From IMG/VR virus record IMGVR_UViG_3300037046_000298, positions 1 to 37,622 of that record: a stretch of 37,622 nt of DNA; one strand, 5' to 3'. This document shows positions 7,794-15,432 of the stretch, piece by piece. The notes under the pieces were generated by a model. The model saw only the letters and a list, made by a program, of their open reading frames with translations. It did not search any database and was not told where the DNA came from. Positions within the stretch are counted from its first letter, which is position 1, and every line of letters begins with the position of its first letter. The position numbers and the translations under genes are program-made. Source of the stretch: a virus (Duplodnaviria; Caudoviricetes).

Positions 7794-7856
7794 GCGAAGG
7801 CGAGGGGCGAAGGGCGAAGGGCGAGGGTCGCGGGGCGAGAAACGAGGGACGAGGGA
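7794..7856 (+). repeat. Intergenic heptamer array upstream of the replication initiator
   Basis: gcgaaggcgaggggcgaagggcgaagggcgagggtcgcggggcgagaaacgagggacgaggg. Confidence 0.85.
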
Positions 7857-7866
7857 GGCGGTAAAC

Positions 7867-8835
7867 ATGGCGATACGGTGGATGGAGGCGGCGCGGAAGC
7901 GCTCGAAGGGCAACGCCACGCAGGTTGCGGTCCTCAAAGAACTCGGCAATTGCGCAGACGAGGCCGGGTACTGCTATCCGAGCGTCGAGTACCTGGCCCG
8001 CAGCACGCGCCTGCGGCGCAGGGCCGTGCAGGTGGCCCTGCGGGCGCTCGAGACCCTGGGCGAAATCGTCGTCGAGCAGGGCCGCGCCAGGGGCGGCCTG
8101 AACCTGTACCGGGTCGCGGTCGGCGAGACGGAGGGGGGCGCATCTGATGCGCCCCCCACGGGCGCACGTCATGCGCCCCCCCCGGCGCACGTGGTGCGCC
8201 CCCCCCGCGCACCAGGTGCGCCCCAGGGGCGCACGTGGTGCGCCCCCCCCGCGCACGTGGTGCGCCCGGGGGGCGCACGTGGTGCGCCCAAACCGTCATT
8301 AGAACCGTCAGTTGATCCGTCAAGGAACCGTCAAACAGAGAGAGAGACGGCCTCGCCGCCCCCGGACGTCCGCGCCGGTCCGGACGCCGACGGCGACGTC
8401 CAGCGGCTTCTCTCTCTCTCTTTTCCGTCAGGGTCTCCACAGGCAACGGCCAAAGCAGCGGTGATCGACCGCGCGGCGGAGGCGATCAGGCGCGGAGCGA
8501 CGATGCCGTTGCTGGCCTGGGCCGTCAACTCGCCCAAGGCCCGGGCCTCCACGCCGTGGGGCCGGATAGCCGAGGCGGGCGAGACGGCCGCGGCGGTCCT
8601 CGCCGGTGCGCGGGAGATGTTCCGTCCGCCGCACTTCGCCGATTCGTTCGAGGGACGCGGCCTCGACGACCTGTGGACGTGGATAGATGCAAGGCCCGAC
8701 ATACGCGACTGTCCGCGAAAGGGGTCCGGCCCGCTCGCCCGGATGCTCCGCGACCTCGACGCCCTGTGGCGCCAGGCCCGCAACTGGCCGCCCGCCCCGG
8801 CGGCGTGCGGACGGCGGCAAGGGGGCGCGGCGTGA
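7867..8835 (+). CDS. Phage replication initiator (N-terminal winged HTH, lambda O-like organisation)
   Basis: VLKELGNCADEAGYCYPSVEYLARSTRLRRRAVQVALRALE..GEI, with iterons in the central linker. Confidence 0.8.
   Translation: MAIRWMEAARKRSKGNATQVAVLKELGNCADEAGYCYPSVEYLARSTRLRRRAVQVALRALETLGEIVVEQGRARGGLNLYRVAVGETEGGASDAPPTGARHAPPPAHVVRPPRAPGAPQGRTWCAPPAHVVRPGGARGAPKPSLEPSVDPSRNRQTERETASPPPDVRAGPDADGDVQRLLSLSFPSGSPQATAKAAVIDRAAEAIRRGATMPLLAWAVNSPKARASTPWGRIAEAGETAAAVLAGAREMFRPPHFADSFEGRGLDDLWTWIDARPDIRDCPRKGSGPLARMLRDLDALWRQARNWPPAPAACGRRQGGAA
8137..8334. promoter_or_regulatory. Replication origin: 7 palindromic iterons plus A(A/T)CCGTCA repeats
   Basis: GGCGCAC-N3-GTGCGCC-like units start at 8137, 8161, 8184, 8206, 8228, 8250 and 8272. 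Four a(a/t)ccgtca units follow at 11-12 bp spacing from 8291. Confidence 0.8.
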
Positions 8836-9629
8836 CCGCCGAAGCGTGCGACCTGTGCGGCGACGTGTCGGGCGACGGGATCGACTGCCCGGAGTGCCGG
8901 GCCGTCCGGGCGGACCGCAACCAGAGGTCCGTGCACGAGGAAGAGATATATCTGCGGTGCCGTGAAACGCGGTCCATCGACGACGGGATATTCGAGGGGC
9001 GGGACGAGGCGCGGGCGGCTGCGTGGGAGGCGCTCGCGGATGAAGACGTGGACGGCGACGGCGACGATGACCAGGACGCGGCGTCGCGTCCGCAAAACGA
9101 GGAGGCGGGACGTATGGCAAAGACACGATGCTTGAGGGCGGAGGGGGCGGGGACGGTCGGTTGCATCCACCCGGCCGGCCACATGAGGCGGCACAAGGTG
9201 CGGCCCAACGCGCAGGCGGTGTTCGAGGGGCGGGCCGAGGCCGGTCCACCCGCGTCCATCCTCGCCCGGCGCAAGGGCGGGGCGGACGCCGCGAGGCCGC
9301 GCCCGCTCACGCCTCGCCTGGCCGGGCCCCCGGCCACCCCGGCGGCGACGGATGAGGGCGACGGCCCGGCGAAACTGCCGGAGGCGATCAGGCGTATCAA
9401 CCGGCCTGTCCAGACCCCGGTCGCGGGGCCTGTCCGCATGCCGACGCCGGATGGCGCCGGCGAGGCCCCCGGCGCCGTCACGCTGGCTTTCTGCGACTTC
9501 GTCGGCCGCGTGGCCGAGGCCGTGCCACAGGTAGACTTCTCGTTCCGCTGGCGGCGCCAGGAACAGGCCCTCGACCTGCACGCCCGCCTGCACTTCGCCG
9601 AGACGTTCGAGGCCGCCCGCGATGCCTGA
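8832..9629 (+). CDS. Hypothetical protein (N-terminal CxxC..CxxC; possible internal start at ATG 9114)
   Basis: GTGA overlap with the initiator; GGAGG at 9101-9105 precedes an in-frame ATG at 9114. Confidence 0.5.
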   Translation: MTAEACDLCGDVSGDGIDCPECRAVRADRNQRSVHEEEIYLRCRETRSIDDGIFEGRDEARAAAWEALADEDVDGDGDDDQDAASRPQNEEAGRMAKTRCLRAEGAGTVGCIHPAGHMRRHKVRPNAQAVFEGRAEAGPPASILARRKGGADAARPRPLTPRLAGPPATPAATDEGDGPAKLPEAIRRINRPVQTPVAGPVRMPTPDGAGEAPGAVTLAFCDFVGRVAEAVPQVDFSFRWRRQEQALDLHARLHFAETFEAARDA

Positions 9630-9960
9630 CCGGCCGGGGCATATCGACCTGTTTTCGGGCATCGGCGGCTTCGCTTTGGCGGCGGCCGCCAAAGGATTCG
9701 AGACGCTGGCGTTCTGTGAAGTGGACCTGTTCTGCCGCGAAGTGCTGGCGAAACACTGGCCGGGAGTGCCGAGACATGGAGACATCCGAACCCTTGACCC
9801 CACCGCCCTGCCCGACGCCGAAGCCTGGTGGCGGCGAAACCGCGTCAAGGTCCGGAACTCGGGCAACAAGAAAACGCTCAAGGCGGCCGGCAACGGAATC
9901 GTCTGGCAAGTCGCCGCGGCCGTGATTGCCGCCATGCTGGCGGCGGAAAGGAATGCATGA
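9622..9960 (+). pseudogene. Internally deleted C5-cytosine DNA methyltransferase (motifs I-III joined to motif X)
   Basis: IDLFSGIGGF, FCEVD and HGDI run directly into LKAAGNGIVWQVA; no PCQ or ENV motif; 112 aa, frame intact. Confidence 0.8.
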
Positions 9961-10166
9961 TGAAGGACCGAACATACTGGTGCTGCAAGCGGCCGGACGG
10001 GACGTGGGCGACGTGGACCCTCAGTTATCTTCGCGCGGTTTCGATAAATGAGGCGGAGGAGCCTGCGCAGGGGGATGAGCCTGAGCACAAGTGGCCCGAA
10101 CTCTACCGCAAGGGCTGGCGTTGCGTGAGGGTCAGACTGCTGGCGGCGGAAAGGGGCGAGGGATGA
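9957..10166 (+). CDS. Hypothetical protein (..W.ELYRKGWRCVRV..)
   Basis: ATGA overlaps at both ends; bracketed by a 17-bp direct repeat. Confidence 0.65.
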   Translation: MMKDRTYWCCKRPDGTWATWTLSYLRAVSINEAEEPAQGDEPEHKWPELYRKGWRCVRVRLLAAERGEG

Positions 10167-10894
10167 ACCGCACGAACATCGAGTGGACTGACGCCACGTG
10201 GAACCCCATCACGGGCTGCACCCCCGTCAGCCCCGGCTGCAAGAACTGCTACGCCCGGCGCATGGCGCAGCGCCTGCGCGGACGCTTCGACTACCCCGCC
10301 GACGACCCCTTCCGCGTCACGGTCCACATGGACCGCATGAACGAGCCGATGACGTGGCGGAAGCCCCGGACCATCTTCGTTTGCAGCATGGGCGACCTGT
10401 TCCATGCCGACGTGTCCTACGCGACTTTCGGGAGAGTCCGAAACGCAATGAGCCAGGCCTTGCGACACCGCTACATCCTGCTGACGAAGCGTGCGTACCG
10501 CATGGCGGAATACATGGCGCGGTTTCAGCGGGGCGTGTGGTCTCCCTTCCATATCTTCTGCGGCGTCAGCGTGGAGGACCAGGTGCGGGCGAACGAGCGC
10601 ATCCCGGACCTTGTGCACCACACGCCCGCCGCTGGCCGGTTCTTGAGCCTCGAACCGCTGTTGGGCCGCGTCGAGTTGCGCGAGTGGCTGCCGCTGCTGG
10701 ACGGCGTGATCCTGGGGGCCGAGACAGGGCCGGGGGCGCGGCCGATGGACCCCGACTGGGTGCGCAAGGTGCGGGACGACTGCCGCGCGGCGGGCGTGCC
10801 GTTCTTCCTCAAGCAGGTAGATGCGAAGCGAAACCGGGTGCTGGACGGCCGGACGCACGACGCCCTGCCGTGGGCAAAGGGGGAGAAGGCATGA
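10163..10894 (+). CDS. Phage Gp37/Gp68 family protein (DUF5131)
   Basis: TNIEWTDATWNPITGCTPVSPGCKNCYA, IFVCSMGDLFH, LLTKR, FLSLEPLLG, GAETGPGARPM, VPFFLKQ. Confidence 0.92.
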   Translation: MNRTNIEWTDATWNPITGCTPVSPGCKNCYARRMAQRLRGRFDYPADDPFRVTVHMDRMNEPMTWRKPRTIFVCSMGDLFHADVSYATFGRVRNAMSQALRHRYILLTKRAYRMAEYMARFQRGVWSPFHIFCGVSVEDQVRANERIPDLVHHTPAAGRFLSLEPLLGRVELREWLPLLDGVILGAETGPGARPMDPDWVRKVRDDCRAAGVPFFLKQVDAKRNRVLDGRTHDALPWAKGEKA

Positions 10895-11076
10895 GTACGC
10901 CAAGAGAACACGTCGCCGACGCCCAGGTCGAGGCAATCGCGGGCGGGCCGATGGAGATCACGTTTACCGACGACCAACTCCGCAAAATCATCGACGCCCC
11001 GGCCGACCCGATGGTGGACCTGATATTCGGCGAGGACGATGAGGACCAGACGGAGCGGCCGGGGGAGGGCGGGTGA
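10891..11076 (+). CDS. Small acidic hypothetical protein
   Basis: 61 aa; overlapping start/stop coupling at both ends. Confidence 0.55.
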   Translation: MSTPREHVADAQVEAIAGGPMEITFTDDQLRKIIDAPADPMVDLIFGEDDEDQTERPGEGG

Positions 11077-11804
11077 TGACGCGCCACAAATCCTTTGCAT
11101 CCGAATCCGACCTTGCCGCCCACATCGTGGCATGGCTGCACCAGCAACACTACGACGTATATCAAGAGGTGCAGCCCGGCCGTGGCGAACCCGTGGCCGA
11201 CATTGTGGCGGTGCAGGGTCCGCTGGTGGTGATCGTCGAGACGAAACTGTCGTTCGGCTGGCCGGTCATCGAGCAGGCCTATCAATGGGCATGGTGGGCG
11301 AACCTCGTCTACTGCGGCGTGCCTAGTCCTCGTATCCGTCGCGGCGGCGTTCGGGGCGTTGCGGCGCAGCGGGCGATGGAGGCGATTGGTGTCGGCGTCC
11401 TGGAGGTCGCGCCGTGGGACGCGCCGCCGGTGGTGGAGGAGTACATCAGGCCCGTATTCCGCCGCGTGCCCTTTGGCCGGGGCGTGACGCATTTCGATAT
11501 TCGCCCGTGGCTGCGCGATGAGCAGAAGACCGCTTGTGCGGCCGGTTCGGCGGGCGGCGGATACTGGACGCCCTACAAGGCGACGTGCCGTGCGTTGCGC
11601 GAGTACGTCGTCGCCCATCCGGGCTGCACGATGAGGGAGGCGGTTGCCGGCATTGAGACGCACTACCGGCGCCCGGCCACGGCTTACGGCTGCCTGAGCC
11701 AGTGGCTGAGGGCAGGCAAGATTCCGGGCGTCGGCCGCGACGAAGGCGGGCAACTGGTGTCGCTGCCGATTGCGGACGAGCGGCCGGGGGAGGGCGGGGC
11801 ATGA
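11073..11804 (+). CDS. PD-(D/E)xK restriction-endonuclease-like protein
   Basis: SESDLAAHIVAWL....YDVYQEV....ADIVAV....VIVETKLS....IEQA. Confidence 0.7.
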   Translation: MMTRHKSFASESDLAAHIVAWLHQQHYDVYQEVQPGRGEPVADIVAVQGPLVVIVETKLSFGWPVIEQAYQWAWWANLVYCGVPSPRIRRGGVRGVAAQRAMEAIGVGVLEVAPWDAPPVVEEYIRPVFRRVPFGRGVTHFDIRPWLRDEQKTACAAGSAGGGYWTPYKATCRALREYVVAHPGCTMREAVAGIETHYRRPATAYGCLSQWLRAGKIPGVGRDEGGQLVSLPIADERPGEGGA

Positions 11805-12184
11805 GCGACCTGCGCGACGTGCTGCCCGGCGAGGATGTGCTGCTGACGACCTACGGGCAAAAGGAAAGGCTGGCTAGGGTCGAGCGCGTGTCGCCCCGGT
11901 ACATCTACACGACGCGCGGCCGCTTTGGGCGAAGAGACGGCCGGACAAGCGACGCCAATCACTACGCCGGCTCTCGCATCCGCCGCGCGACCGCAGCCGA
12001 CGTGCTCCGCATAACGGAGCGGATTCACCGCTGGAGCGCGAACAAAGCGGCGGCAGAGTATTTGGAACGCCTACGCGCGATGATCCCCACGATGCCCACT
12101 GACGACATGCAGGAAGTGGTCCGCCGCCTGATGGGGCTGGTCAGGGACATGGAGTTGCGGGCGAAGAACCGGGAGGGCGCATGA
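11801..12184 (+). CDS. Hypothetical protein (SH3-like beta-barrel plus helix)
   Basis: PGEDVLL..LARVERVSPRYI..RF..RDG; ATGA coupling. Confidence 0.6.
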   Translation: MSDLRDVLPGEDVLLTTYGQKERLARVERVSPRYIYTTRGRFGRRDGRTSDANHYAGSRIRRATAADVLRITERIHRWSANKAAAEYLERLRAMIPTMPTDDMQEVVRRLMGLVRDMELRAKNREGA

Positions 12185-13356
12185 CGACGCGCGAGGACGT
12201 GTTCGGCGACGACCTCAAGGCCCCCTTCCCGTGGTTCGGAGGCAAGCGCCGCGTGGCCGACCTCGTGTGGGCCGCCCTCGGCGCGGTCGATAACTACGTC
12301 GAGCCGTTCTTCGGCAGCGGGGCCGTGTTGCTGGGCCGGCCAGACGACACCTTCCCCGTCAGGCGGGACGGGGAGTACGGGGGCTTCGCCGAGACGGTCA
12401 ACGACGCCGATGCGTATCTGTCCAACTTCTGGCGGGCGCTGGCGGCGGACCCCGACGCCGTGGCCGCGCACGCCGACTGGCCCGTCAACGAGACGGACCT
12501 GTTTGCCCGCCACCTGTGGCTCGTGGACGAGGGGCGGCGGCGCATCGAGCGGATGGAGAGCGACCCGGATTTCTACGATGCGAAAGTGGCGGGCTGGTGG
12601 GTGTGGGGCATCAACTCGTGGATAGGTAGCGGCTGGTGCAGCGGCAGGGGGGCGTGGGCCGTCGTTGACGGCAAGGTCGAAAAGACCGGAGGCAAAGGGG
12701 GGCAATGGCGGCAACTGCCGCACCTGGGCGACGCGGGCCAGGGCGTCAACCGGCAACTGCCGCACCTGGGCAACGCTGGCCGGGGCGTCAACCGGCAACT
12801 GCCGCACCTGGGCGACGCTGGCCGGGGCGTCAACCGGAAACGGCCGCACCTGGGCAACAGGGGCAGCGACAAGCCGGGCCGAGAGGGCGACGGCGAGGCG
12901 CTCGCCGCCTACTTCCGCGCCCTCACCGCCCGCCTACGCCGCGTCCGCGTCTGCTGCGGCGACTGGACGCGAGTCGTCACGCCCGGCGCAACCGCCTTCG
13001 GCAACGTCGTCGGCGTCTTCCTCGACCCGCCGTACCTCGGCGACGTGCGTACACGCGACCTCTACCGCGTTGACGATCACACCATCAGCCACGCCGTCCG
13101 CGACTGGTGTCTGGCCAACGCTGACAACCCCCGATACCGCATCGTGCTGGCCGGGTACGCCGAAGAACACGACGCCCTGTTGCCCGACACCTGGCGGCGA
13201 CACCGATACTCCGCCAACGCCGCATACCAGACCAACGCCGGCGGCGGCGTCAACGCCGCGAATCGCCATAACGAGTGCCTCTGGCTGTCGCCGCACTGTT
13301 TGGGCGGCGAGACGGCCGACGCGCCGCTGTTCAGCCAGGAGGACGCCGATGCCTGA
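12181..13356 (+). CDS. Dam/D12-class DNA adenine methyltransferase
   Basis: PFPWFGGK, YVEPFFGSGAV, ETVNDAD, FLDPPY, ECLWLSPHC. Confidence 0.9.
   Translation: MTTREDVFGDDLKAPFPWFGGKRRVADLVWAALGAVDNYVEPFFGSGAVLLGRPDDTFPVRRDGEYGGFAETVNDADAYLSNFWRALAADPDAVAAHADWPVNETDLFARHLWLVDEGRRRIERMESDPDFYDAKVAGWWVWGINSWIGSGWCSGRGAWAVVDGKVEKTGGKGGQWRQLPHLGDAGQGVNRQLPHLGNAGRGVNRQLPHLGDAGRGVNRKRPHLGNRGSDKPGREGDGEALAAYFRALTARLRRVRVCCGDWTRVVTPGATAFGNVVGVFLDPPYLGDVRTRDLYRVDDHTISHAVRDWCLANADNPRYRIVLAGYAEEHDALLPDTWRRHRYSANAAYQTNAGGGVNAANRHNECLWLSPHCLGGETADAPLFSQEDADA
12709..12858 (+). repeat. 42-bp (14-aa) tandem repeat, about 3.5 copies
   Basis: RQLPHLG(D/N)AG(Q/R)GVN units start at 12709, 12751 and 12793, with a partial copy at 12835. 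Confidence 0.95.
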
Positions 13357-13633
13357 GCGCCTCTGCCCGTACTGCGGGCACCTCAAGCCCGCCGACGCGT
13401 TCCCTCGAAAGGGCAATCGCTGCACGGCGTGCGAGTCGGCGAGGGTCGCCGAGTGGCGGCGGGCGAACCCCAAGCGGGGCCGTGATTACTGGTGCATGTT
13501 CATGTTTCTCCACGGCGAGGAACTGAGGGCGCGGCGACGCGCCAAGTGCGCCGCCAACCGGGAGCGTGAGCGGGAGAGGCAGAGGCGGCGGCGACTCGCC
13601 GCGAGGGCCGAGGAGTCGCGGCATGAGGCGTGA
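13349..13633 (+). CDS. Zn-finger/basic helix protein (like the N-terminus of phage HNH proteins, but no HNH domain)
   Basis: CPYCGHLKPADAF....CTAC followed by an Arg/Glu helix; AGGAGG RBS. Confidence 0.6.
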   Translation: MPERLCPYCGHLKPADAFPRKGNRCTACESARVAEWRRANPKRGRDYWCMFMFLHGEELRARRRAKCAANRERERERQRRRRLAARAEESRHEA

Positions 13634-14747
13634 GTCGCGCGTCATCGAGGTGCGCATCGACCGGCGGGGGCGCGGCGACCACGCCGTGTGGCGGCTGTGG
13701 TGGCGCGACGGCGCGGGCCGCAAGCGGACGCGGGAGCGGCGGTCGTGGACGAGGGCCGAGGCGGAGGCGGAGGCGGCGCGGACGAGGGCGGACCTCAACG
13801 ACCGGTCGCGGGCCACGCCGTGGGATGAGTTCGTATGCCGATACCTGGCGTACCAGCGCGGCCGCAACCGGCCGACGACTGTCGCCGACGTGCGGTGCGT
13901 CCTGGCCCGCCTCGCGGCGGTGATGGCGCCGGCGACGCTCGCGGACCTGACGGCCGAGAGGGCGGCGGCGTACCTGGACGGCGGCCTGGGGCAGGGCGTC
14001 GTGCCGGACGGCAGGGCGCGGGCGCTTCGGCCGCTGCGCGCGGCGACGTGGAACAAGCACCTGCGAACCTTGAGGACCGCGATGAGGTGGGCGGTGAGGG
14101 CGGGCATGAGGCTGGCGGCGGGCGGGGGCGCGGCGGCCAACCCGTTCGACGGAATCAGGCGGCGGAGAGAAGTACATATTCCGCAGGTGATATACGGGCG
14201 GCGCGGGCAACACTTGATGTTGGCGAACGCCGCCGCGTCGGACGGGCCGAGGTGGGAGGCGGCGGTCCTCTTGGGGCTGGAGTGCGGGCTGAGGGTGGGG
14301 GAGATCAGCCACCTGACGTGGGGCAGCGTGGACGAGGGGTCGGGCGAGGTGGTCGTCGGACCTGAGCCGGACGGCTGGTCGCCCAAGGGGACGTGCGGGC
14401 GGGCGTCGCTGACGGCCAGGCTGACGGGCGTGCTCCAGACGCTGCGGGCCGAGGCGGAGGGGGGGCTGGGCGGGCGGGTCGTGGGCGGGGCGAGTCCGAG
14501 GGCGTTTGAGCGGGAGTTCCGGCGGCGGCTGGCGGAGGCGTGTAGGCGGGCCGGGCTGCCGGCGATCAAGCCGCACGGGTTGCGGCGGTCGTATGGGACG
14601 CTGCTCGCCAACGACGGCATGGAGTCGCTGCAACTGGCGACGGTCATGCGGCACCGCGACCTGGCCACCACCAGGCTCTACTACGCCGCGATCAGGGAGC
14701 GCGAGGCGGCCGAGGCCGCGCGGAAGACGGTCGAGGGCGGGCGATGA
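13623..14747 (+). CDS. Tyrosine recombinase (second, internal)
   Basis: GLRVGEI (R), PKG (K), HGLRRSY (HxxR), MRHRDLATTRLYY (H, Y); N-terminal arm-binding-like WRLWWRD..GRKR. Confidence 0.9.
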   Translation: MRRESRVIEVRIDRRGRGDHAVWRLWWRDGAGRKRTRERRSWTRAEAEAEAARTRADLNDRSRATPWDEFVCRYLAYQRGRNRPTTVADVRCVLARLAAVMAPATLADLTAERAAAYLDGGLGQGVVPDGRARALRPLRAATWNKHLRTLRTAMRWAVRAGMRLAAGGGAAANPFDGIRRRREVHIPQVIYGRRGQHLMLANAAASDGPRWEAAVLLGLECGLRVGEISHLTWGSVDEGSGEVVVGPEPDGWSPKGTCGRASLTARLTGVLQTLRAEAEGGLGGRVVGGASPRAFEREFRRRLAEACRRAGLPAIKPHGLRRSYGTLLANDGMESLQLATVMRHRDLATTRLYYAAIREREAAEAARKTVEGGR

Positions 14748-14981
14748 AACGGAAAATGGAGTGCCAACGCGGTGCCACGGTTTTTGCCGCACGGGGGCGC
14801 GGCGCGGAGTTCGGCCAATGGAAATCACACGTTGGCGCGGGTCGACCCAAACCCCCGTCTCGGATTCACCATCCTATCACCCCCCGCGGCATTTGGGGGC
14901 GGGGCGAGGGGCAGGACTCGCGGCCGCCCGCCGAGTGGCGTCCGGCCCGCCCCGCGCGGCCGGTTTCGCCGCTGCGGGCGC

Positions 14982-15011
14982 AAGTGCTTGTGGGCAAAGG
15001 ACTTAGGTACT
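14982..15011. promoter_or_regulatory. Imperfect inverted repeat AAGTGCTT-N7-AAGGACTT followed by cosQ-like AGGTACT (candidate cos or recombination site)
   Basis: The motifs are read directly; function is inferred from their position between the recombinase and the packaging block. Confidence 0.4.
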
Positions 15012-15117
15012 ACCGCCGCCTCTTCGCCGCCGCCGGGCGTAGCGAATAGCACGGAAGGGGGACAGACTTTCTTGCGGGGGGCGGGTTTTTGGGGCGGGGG
15101 AGGGGGAGGGTAGCGGG

Positions 15118-15432
15118 ATGAGACTGAAATACTGGCGGGGGCGGGATGGGACGGAGCGGGTGTACGTGAGGGGGCACGGGCTGCCGGGAGTGGTGTGGTT
15201 TGACCGGCGGGGGATGGTGATGGGGATCGACCAGGCGGCGCTGGACGCGAGCGCGGCGGTGCGGCTGCGGGCGTGGGACCTGGCTCGGGAGGTGCACGCC
15301 ATGCAGGCGCGGGCGGGGGGATGGGGGGCGCTGGTGGATCAGTGCAGGCCCCGCCGGCGGCGGGCGTGGCAATGGTGGGCGAGGCTGGCGGGGATCGTCC
15401 TGGGGCGGGCGCTAGGGAGGGCGGGGCTTTGA
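15118..15432 (+). CDS. Hypothetical protein
   Basis: 104 aa; GGAGG-like RBS; TGA overlaps the TTG of the next gene. Confidence 0.55.
   Translation: MRLKYWRGRDGTERVYVRGHGLPGVVWFDRRGMVMGIDQAALDASAAVRLRAWDLAREVHAMQARAGGWGALVDQCRPRRRRAWQWWARLAGIVLGRALGRAGL

Noticed and set aside
8137-8288. Regularly spaced palindromic repeats as a CRISPR array
   Set aside because: Gaps are only 5-7 bp, the repeats lie in frame inside the initiator gene, and there are no cas genes; they fit iterons.
12709-12858. 42-bp repeats as CRISPR or a DGR template/variable pair
   Set aside because: They are head-to-tail with no spacers, there is no reverse transcriptase in the window, and the differences are not adenine-specific.
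14744-15113. ORFs 14744-15049 and 14772-15113
   Set aside because: Low-complexity Arg/Pro/Gly translations across a region better explained as cis-acting sites, although 14744 does have an ATGA overlap.
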